Under the pieces are notes generated by a model. The model saw nothing but the letters and a program-made list of their open reading frames with translations. It was not told where the DNA came from and did not search any database. A stretch of DNA of 64,000 bases from the human T2T-CHM13v2.0 reference genome, Homo sapiens. The stretch lies in assembly GCF_009914755.1 (NCBI RefSeq), contig NC_060925.1; one strand, 5' to 3'. Below are positions 54,920 through 64,000 of this stretch, one piece after another. The translations under genes were made by a program, and so were the position numbers. Within the stretch, counting starts at the first letter, position 1; every line of letters begins with the position of its first letter.

Positions 54920-55907
54920 TAAGTCTTCTATTTTAAACAATCCCACCTTTAACCTCATTCACCTCTAGCTACAACACTTTATTTATCCCTTAATAGCCAG
55001 GTTGCTAGAAAAAAAACCCTTTATACTTGCTATCATCTCCATTTCCCCAAATTTCCAACCTCTCATAATATGTACTGTGACATCATTAGGCACTAAATCT
55101 ACCCTTGCTTTGGGTGGGTTCTAATGACCTCTTAAATGCAAAGTGCAGAAGACTTTAATCCTTTCTGCTTACTGCCCCATACATGAGTCACTCCCTCTTC
55201 TACATTACTGTGGCCTCATTACACTGCAAGTTTACTAAAGGCAATCCATCAATCAATCTGGCATAGCTTTGGCTATATCCACTCATGTGGTATTGCACGC
55301 AGCCTACATTCACTGAACGAATCAATGGAAATAATAAGGGCCTTAAAGGCTCCGATGGCTTCATTGTGCCATCCGCTCTGCTTCTATCGCTACTAACTAT
55401 GGAAAAAGTTAACATTTCTCTTACTAAGTGAATGATACCTTTGGCAAAGTAAGATATAAAAGGTGTAATGTTCTAGCTGATCCTGCTCCATACAGCTCCA
55501 GGTAAGTAATCTGCCCCAGTGAGAGATCTGTTTATACCGGCAAAGTGCTTCAGGGCTTAAGTCTTCAGAATTTGACCCCCGCTCACGGCACAGAAGGATG
55601 CCCAGGACACACTATAAAGCTATTAGAAATTGAAACCAATAGCCCTCCTAGTTTCTTTTAATAGACTTTCAGATGCAGTGTTTTCTGCTTTCCTTTAAAA
55701 ACAGTAGAATAGTAATTAACATTTAGTAATTTTCAAAGCAGTTGTGCAGGAAGATTTCCTGAACTATGAAAGCCCACAAATTTGGCAACAAGAAGTATCA
55801 CAACAGAGAAACAGCTCTTGGTTTATTGTTCATTGTTCCCCACACTTAGTTAATGTGTTACAATGACAATGTATGAAATACATGAAGTTACCATCAAAAC
55901 AAACAAT

Positions 55908-56229
55908 GTTTTTTTTTTGTTTTGTTTTTTGTTTTTTGTTTTTTTTTTGAGATGGAGTCTCACTCTGTCGCCCAGGCTGGAGTGCACTGGTGCAATTTTG
56001 GCTCACTCTAAGCTCCGCCTCCCGGGTTCATGTGATTCTCCTGCCTCAGCTTCATAAGAAGCTGGGACTACAGGCGCCTACCACCACGCCTGGCTAATTT
56101 TTTGTATTTTTAGTAGAGACAGGGTTTCACCGTGTTAGCCAGGATGGTCTCGAGCTCCTGACCTTGTGATCTGCCCGCCTCGGCCTCCCAAAGTGCTGGG
56201 ATTACAGGCATGAGCCACCGTGCCTGGCC
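55908..56229 (-). mobile_element. AluY-like
   Basis: aagctccgcctcccgggttca and cgtgttagccaggatggtctcg. TSD caaaacaaaca. Confidence 0.9.
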
Positions 56230-56847
56230 CAAAACAAACAGTATATTAAACAAGAAAAATGAATTTATGAATTAGCTTTCTTCCCTCCCAAACTCCCTTA
56301 CTCTACACAAGTCATTCCTGATGGAGAGATTGAAATAAAATGAGAAATTTAATAATGAATAATAGTAATACTATTACTAATAATTCCAGCAATTATACTG
56401 GTATTACTTTAAAAAGAAAAAAATATTGCTTAATCTTTAGCTTTTGCTCCACAGCAAATTCCAATTCTTTCAGGACACAGCCAAGAGAAAGCAGATAATG
56501 TTCGTCCCTTATTTCCATACGTTTCTTGTTTCAAAATGGCAACCCAAAAGGAATACTCCACTGATTGTTTGTAGATATGCTGATTAAAGAAAAATATAAA
56601 ATTTCAAGCCCATCAACCAGTGCTGCTCTATAATAATCAAAAACTACCTTTACAATAAAAGGTTATCAAACCAAACAGTCTGATCATCACATAATTTCTC
56701 ATGAAAGCTGAAAAGGAAATACAATCATTCACTTATTGGTTCATCTTTCACCAAACACTTATTGTACTAAATGCTGGCAATACAGAAGTGAAGATCTGCT
56801 TCATGCCCTAAAGATGCTCATAGTTAGCACCAAGAACTACACATCTC

Positions 56848-57149
<302 letters not shown>

Positions 57150-57689
57150 TATATCGACCTCTAAGAATCACATTTATCTTGAGCTACAGAGTTCGAAGGA
57201 CAGAATTTTTTTTTTTCAATTAATGTTAAGGTCTGGAAGTTTGACTTTGGCTCTTAACCTTTGGCTCACATACCTAATTTGGTTACTATGTGTTTACTAC
57301 ATGCAAAAAGACTTCCTTGGGCCTATGAGTCATTTCTAGTAAATGGAGCTAATAATAACTTTCCATCAGAAAGCTCTTTGTCCCATTTTTGTATCAGAAA
57401 TGGGCAAGAAAAAAGTGAAACAAAATAAAACAACAACGTGAAGATTTTTTTAAATCCTGCCCCTGGGATGTTGATGAGGGCAGAGACAAGCAATTTACCT
57501 GCACACAAAATTAAGTTTTTTAAATAATTTAGATTCTAAAGAAAGGAACTTTTAGAATGACATCTGCTAATACTCTAAAGCTTATAACTCTGAGTTATTG
57601 GGAAGGTAAGAACATATTTTCCCCATAAAAATAAGTTCTATATCATGGTTATGATCCAAGGTGAACTCACAGAAACCTACTTTCTTTGG

Positions 57690-58150
57690 TTCCTTCAATA
57701 AACATTAAAAGCCTGTTATTTGTGAGGCACTATGCCAACCATTAGGGATATAAAACCAAATAGGACTCAGTCTCTGCCCACAGGAGCTTAAGAGTCTAGT
57801 GGAGGAAACTAAATTAACATTTGCAAGAAATGCTGTGTTTCCTAAAATATCTACAAGGTGTTTTGGGGAGCAAAGAAAACGGGCACCTTAATCAGACTAC
57901 GAAAGGGAGAGTCACAGAATGCTTTCCCTTAAGAGGTCATATTTGAGCTGAATTTGAAGGCTGATGAGGAATTACCTACACTAAAAAGGAAATCACAGGT
58001 AAAAAGGTCGAACAAACCGTATTTAGTGATTTGCTGAATCATGGAGGTGGGTGACACAAAGGACCCTAGAATGACTCAGGTGTCTGGTTTGGATAAACAA
58101 TCCAACGTAGGCACCATTCACAAAGAAAGGGATGCTAGGAGGTACGAGGG
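57690..58150 (-). mobile_element. L2 fragments
   Basis: ggcactatgcc..cagtctctgcccacaggagcttaagagtctagtgg..tttgagctgaatttgaagg. Confidence 0.6.
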
Positions 58151-59964
58151 CAAAGATGAAAAGGTCATACGCAGACCGCAAAGCTTAAACCTTCGCCTCA
58201 CATCTGTTTGGAACAGCAGTAGCTTTTTACTTAGCGCTTACATCACCAAAGCCAATGAGTAGCGAAGTCTGGGACGAGGACAAGAGCTGCCCTTGGCATC
58301 ACTGCCTGTCACCTGTCCCTTCGGGGCGCCCCCTGCCTCCACTGCTTGGCCTCTGTTTGTAGCTTGTGTTTTGGCCTTGCCAGCAAGTGTCCTTCAGGGA
58401 GGTCTGGCTACTCACAGTTTATAGATGAGAACACTGAGGCAGAGCGATAATTAACTCGACAAGAGAAAACAACCAGCAAATGGCCCTCTTGTCCCAGAGC
58501 CCACGTTCTTCACCAGAACACTGCCTAGTTTAAGAAACAGCAGCAATTCTGTTTCTTATAAACTCATGAGCTTCCCAAAGACAGGCTCTCATCCGGTCAG
58601 GCATCATGGGTGGATCATCAAGCAAACAGATGCCAACAGACATTCCCTCCCAAGTTATTCCTTTTAATCCTGTCCTTTGTCAGATGCAAAAGGCCTAATT
58701 CAATACTGGAATTCCTCTATATCCATTATCAGGTCACCTGGATAGCCTGTCCTAAAAGAATGAAGTCCCTCCTTGCCACAACAATAAGCTTTGTCTTTTT
58801 TTCCCCCCCATAGGTCAGCTTCCTTCTTTTATATTCTGCTACAATCTGTTGTTGTGGTTAATTACACAAGAGACTAGCATGGGTGTGTCAATCCCTAGTG
58901 GAACTGCGTTGAGAATCTGCAAACCAGACCATATATTATGGGGCTTCCAAATTTTCAAGTGCCACAGAATCGCAAGCTTCTGATCACTGCATTAAGGATC
59001 TAGACCTGTGGTTCAGATGAGAGATGAGCTTCATAAAGAAGTATGTTGCCAGTGAGACCCCACTAGGTTGAAGATTGCAGGAAGCTGAGATGCTTAAATT
59101 ATTCTAATTAATGGGCTTATTCCCCACTGGTTATGCACAGCAGATTGAATGGACAGTTGCAGGTGCAAACTGAGAGGTAAACAGACCTTTAAATAAGTAA
59201 AGAGCCAGGGAGCACTAGCTGGGGAAGCACAGGTTTCAGAATGAATTATTAAAGCCTGCACTGATCCACAGTCGAGGGTATGACTGATTTCTAAGTGAAG
59301 ACATCTTATCCTGAATGCTGCTACTTTAAGGTAAAAATAGACTCATTCTTCCCCTGACTCTCTTTCTCCATCATTGGTGCAAAATGAAACAGCTCCGTTG
59401 GTTTGTAATTGATGTATCTGACACTAAAATTTCATTCTATGTACTTCCATCCTCTGAAATGCACAGTAAGGGAAGAAGATCATCTTGACAGGTAAAATAG
59501 TAGGTTTTGACACAAAGTCATTGAGATATATGTGATGGAGAATTTTCTACTGAGACAAAATGCAGTTCTATTTGAAAGTTTACTACACATTTCAACTTTC
59601 ACTTTGAAGAAACACTTTCAGATAAATAAATAAATACGCAATGATTAAAAGAGGAAATTGGCTTTGTTTTTTTGAGAACTACCCCGTAGAGTAAAGCATA
59701 CCTTTTTATATTTACTCTTTTTTATAAAACTATTGATTGAAAAATATGAAAAGGTAGAAGGTGCTTAGAATTCCTAGCACATAATACGTGCTCAATTTAT
59801 TGATGTGAATTATATTTACACATAAATATACAGACAAACCAGAATATATAAATATAAAGGGATATAATCACTCCAACACCATGAATTCCACCTTAATTTT
59901 CCTCTCCTTGACAAACTACTGATTAAATGTAAAAAGTTGCTCTTTAATCTAGATAACACGTTTT

Positions 59965-60290
59965 GTATGCATTTAAGAAACATTTACTGAGCACCTGCTT
60001 TACATCAGCATAGTTCTCAGTACAGATAGAGCAATGAACAAGATACACCAGGTCCTTATTCCAATGGAGCTTAATTCTACCCAGCGTGAGATATGCAGTA
60101 CCGAGAAGTAAATAAATGAGAAGATATTTTCAGATAATGTTCATGATGTGGCGACAATAAAACAGAATACACCACGAGCGTGTGGAAGAAGAGCTACTTT
60201 AGAGGGAATGACCAAGGAAGGCATCTTTGAGGCAGTCACATTCAATGGAGTCCTGAAGAATGAGAGCGCCAACCATTAAAAAAGGTTTTT
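59965..60290 (-). mobile_element. L2 3' end
   Basis: aaacatttactgagcacctgct..gcaatgaacaagatacac..atggagcttaattcta. Confidence 0.7.
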
Positions 60291-60976
60291 CTAAAGTGCT
60301 GGGGGGAAAGCACGTGTAATAGCCGGAGTTAAATTCACTGCTTTCAACAGAATACCAAATAAAATGATTTACCCACAGAAAGGGTCCCTTTTCTCACTGG
60401 ATTCCCACAATGCCATTAGGGAGCCAAGCTCCTTATACCTTTTTCTTTGCCCCTCCTGGTGTGTAGCTCACCGGGGGCTGCTCTACTACTGAGCAGTAAC
60501 TCAGCCTTCCAGTGATGAAGAATGGGGAAGGCTGAAGGGCAGGGTGTGTCTAGCCAGCCTAGTCAGTCCCTTCCTATCCGCAAATAGTACCTTCCCCAGA
60601 AGCCCTGCCCATAAGTGTTCACTTACATCTGCTCTAAACTGTCCCACAGATACAGTAAAGCTAAGGAAGTTTCTTGCTTTTAACTGGCATGAATGGGCCT
60701 TTTGTAGCCCCGAAAAAAAAAAAAATTGAAACTCTGTTAGCAGGAAGAAAGCAAGAATGGGCACTGGCCTGTGATAAGCCATGTCTGCTGAAGCATCCTA
60801 GGCAGGGCCATGGCAAGTGCGAAGTCCCTTGTGGGATAATAGGTCCAGCTTGTAAAACAGAAGACCAGGGTGTAGGAGTGCAGGGAACACGACGGAAGCA
60901 CAGCCCAGGAAGACTGTGAGTGAAATGGGAGCCACCGGTACTGAGGGCTCGCCAGGTCCTGGAGTGGGGGGAGTAC

Positions 60977-61115
60977 TTTTTTTTTTCTCCACACCACCTC
61001 CCAGATGTGGTCTTGCTATGCTGCCCAGGCTGGTCTTCAACTACTAGGCCCAAGAGATCTTCCTGCCTCAGCCTCCTGAGGAGCTGGGATTACAGGAGTG
61101 CACCACTTTACCTGG
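60977..61115 (-). mobile_element. FLAM/Alu left monomer
   Basis: ggtcttgctatgctgcccaggctggtcttcaact..gctgggattacagg. Confidence 0.8.
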
Positions 61116-62160
61116 TGATATTACCTTTATTTTACAAATAATGAAGTAAACTCAGTAGGTTAAGTTGACTCAGCTAAATTCACAGATTAGGAATGAGAGG
61201 AGACACAATTATAACCCAGCTTGATCTGACTCCTAAATTCATGCCTGTAACCCCTGTACTCTGCTGCTGTCTTCATATCCCTGCTTTAACAATATGCCTC
61301 TGAGTATGAGCTGACAGAATCCATTCTTCCAAATCCATTCCGGTTATTACCTACTGTCCTATTCACTCACATTTATAGGAAGTGTTTATTTGTTCTAATA
61401 TTTTCATTTATTTCAAAGTTCTAGATAGAGAGAACTCTACGTCTTTCTTTGCCTACCTAATATGCATAGAAGAAAAAAATATTAAAACTGAAAATGACTA
61501 TCTTCATCTGATGCTGAGGTTTGGGGTGAAAATTCATATTAGTGGGAAAGCAGATCTCTATACTGCTCCTTCTCACTCTGAGATACCTGGGGAGGGAGAA
61601 AAGACAACACTGAAATGTCAAAGCTCCTGCCAGTTCCTCGGTGCTGAAACATTAATGAGCTTCTGAATGTGCAAAGGTGGGCCCAGAGCCGAAGGATGTT
61701 TGAGAGTTAAATTGCTCTGCATAATCAAGGAAAGGTAATTGAGTTTCCCGAGGAATCAGAGAATCAAGAGGTCTAGGAGAAGTGAGAAAGGCAGGGAGCT
61801 ATGAAGGTGGCTGCTGTCTAACCCCACATGACGTCTCTCATGATTTCCACATTACCAGCAACACTGTTCCCAAATTCCTGACACAGAGCTATAGCAAGCT
61901 CTCACATGGGGGACAGCGGTGAGTGAGGATTCTGTGGGTGACTCCTGTGGGTAAGCATTGGGGAAATACTTTCAGATCACATCCAGGATAAACCATTATT
62001 TTCAAATCTGGGAAGATTAAATAGAGATGGTGAATGTAAAAGAACCTGTGGGACCTGGCAGAGCAACTCTGATATTCTCCAGAGCAGCAGCAGACAGAAG
62101 CTGGGGCTGTTTGCTTACTCCTCTCGCCCTGAACATTACCAACATGCAGGCTGGGACTGT

Positions 62161-62204
62161 GAGACAACGCCATCAGACAAGCGAGACGATGCCATCAGAC
62201 AAGA
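62161..62204. repeat. 22-bp tandem duplication
   Basis: gagacaacgccatcagacaagc / gagacgatgccatcagacaaga. Confidence 0.85.
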
Positions 62205-62499
62205 CAGGTGTTCCAGCGATTGCTCTAGGTAAGCCTCATTCTCTTTGTTCACTGGCAGCACCACCCCGCTCCACCCTGCGCCTCATTTGCAGAGTCCTCT
62301 ACAAATGAACATGCAGCCTGCCTGGCACACCTGGCACAGCTCACCTGTATGCCGCCAAGCATGACAGACTGTCTTTGCTGTGGTTGTAAAGGCCTATTTT
62401 CCCAAGAGGCTTCTTCTCCGGGGCCCTACAGCTTTCAGCGTGCACTTCAAACTCACTGAGGACTGAGTGACTTACAGTTTTCTCTGTGTGCTAAGCTGT

Positions 62500-62830
62500 T
62501 AGATTGTTTCCATCTTTACACAGGCTGTTCCCTCCATTTCAGGCATCCTCTCTTCCAGGCTGAACCCGTTTTCATCAGATTATCTTTTACCAGTTCTTCA
62601 GAAAGCAATTCAGGCCTCGTTTCTCCAGGAAGCCTTCTCTGGCCTCCACCTTTGATTTCGATGGTCTCCTTCATGTTCCCCAGCCCCCGTCTATGCCTCC
62701 ACCTTGGTATATCATGCTCTATTGTAATTATTAATTTACTTTTCTTTCTCCGCGAATAGATGTACCCACAGAGCCTAGCAGTAAACCTGCAACAAAGTGG
62801 TGGTTTGATCATTCTTATCAAATGTATGGC
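62500..62830 (+). mobile_element. L2 fragment
   Basis: tctccaggaagccttctctggcc..catgctctattgtaattat. Confidence 0.5.
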
Positions 62831-63952
62831 TTAAAAGTATTGTTCTTCTAAAATGTAAAAAGAGAATCAAATACAGGTCTGGCCAATGACAGTATATTTC
62901 AAATGACAGGCAGGAACATGTCTTCCCAAGTCCTGATTTTTCTTTGAATGCACAGCTCTGACTTATCTGGCCTCTCTCCAGACCTTCATATGACTCTTCT
63001 CTAGTTAAGCCAATAGCAGGCTTCAAGCCAAAAACTCCTAGAAGTAGGAGTTTGCCAGGCAATAGTGCATGTGTGTTGGTTGCAAGAGGGTAAAAAAAAT
63101 ATTACAAAGATAACAGCCTGGGTGCAAGCTTGGAGAGTTTCAGGAACAGAAGAGGACAGCGTGGCAGAGCTGTGGGTTCAGTAAGTGAGGTCAAAGCGTG
63201 TGGACGTGTACCTGGCCGGCTAAGCAACAGTAGTTTCTTGGTGAATCTATCAGAGAAGGACTACTATACAACATAAGTCGGTGGGAGCAATGTATCTAAA
63301 GTGAGAATGAGTGAAGTAATGCTATCCCGCAATGACCACTAATTGAAATGCCAACAACTCCAAGTTGGCTAAGTGAAAAGAGAGTCTTACCTCAATTACC
63401 CTAAAAGAACATTCTAGAACTAGGTTAAGCTAACAGGAATAAGCATATGTGGAGGGTGTTTCTGGGAAAAGAAGTCTGTCAGAGGCAGGCAGAAGTATCA
63501 ATTGGAATGTGTCTCAGAGACAACCTAAGTTGACACCATATAAATAAATATTTCTGAAGATTGCAGCCAACTGATCTGAACTCTACTGCCACGTAAGGCA
63601 TATTAATTATTTTTAAACTAATAGAATTGGTGTGCATGTTCTTGAATCATTTAAAATTCTTATCTCCTCAAGAATCTGGAATTTTTGTTTGTGTTACCCC
63701 TAAATCCAAATTTCACAATGCTGAGGAGTCCATGGTTTTCAGGCATCATTACAAAATAACCAGCACTTCCTAACAGCTGGTGGCAGCAAAAATCTGAAAC
63801 TTATATTTCTCAGTTACAATGCCTACTTAAGAATCACCTCAAACCTTTAAGTACAATACAATGTGAGGGTTACTCAGAGGTACAGAGACTAGTGGTATGG
63901 TCAGGATTTCAACCGTACCATATAACCTGCATAATGAACAACTCAGACTTAC

Positions 63953-64000
63953 CTCACTTGTTACTAAATATTTGCTTTATGTAAGGGAAAATTATCTTCA
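63953..64000 (-). other. Possible exon 3' end truncated by the window edge
   Basis: Perfect donor GAG|gtaagt at 63953/63952. One frame reads KIIFPYIKQIFSNK*. No secure acceptor within the window. Confidence 0.15.

Overview
Primate (most likely human) euchromatic DNA, AT-rich and almost entirely non-coding. It holds about 23 Alu copies or fragments (J, S and Y lineages), many eroded L2/MIR/L3 pieces, several L1 fragments, at least six solo ERV LTRs (MER31, LTR18, an LTR42-like, an LTR33-like, an MER34/LTR48-like and MER52), two DNA-transposon relics (MER20B-like, MER44/Tigger7-like) and microsatellites. None of the supplied ORFs is a credible stand-alone gene; most derive from Alu or LTR sequence. 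The best gene-like signal is on the minus strand: a candidate terminal exon (acceptor at 5790, CpG-retaining), a clean 48-nt candidate exon at 34728-34775 and several weaker cassette candidates. This suggests the window is the 3' end and long final introns of a large minus-strand gene that I cannot name. I found no convincing novel biological system. The most notable observations are shared non-consensus mutations between two inverted Alus of different subfamilies (possible gene conversion), two Alu Yd-lineage copies within 18 kb, a CpG-rich unique segment abutting a MER52 LTR (possible intragenic promoter), and a terminal exon readable in three frames. Repeat subfamily names come from recalled consensus features, not a database search. 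Boundaries of ancient repeats are approximate.
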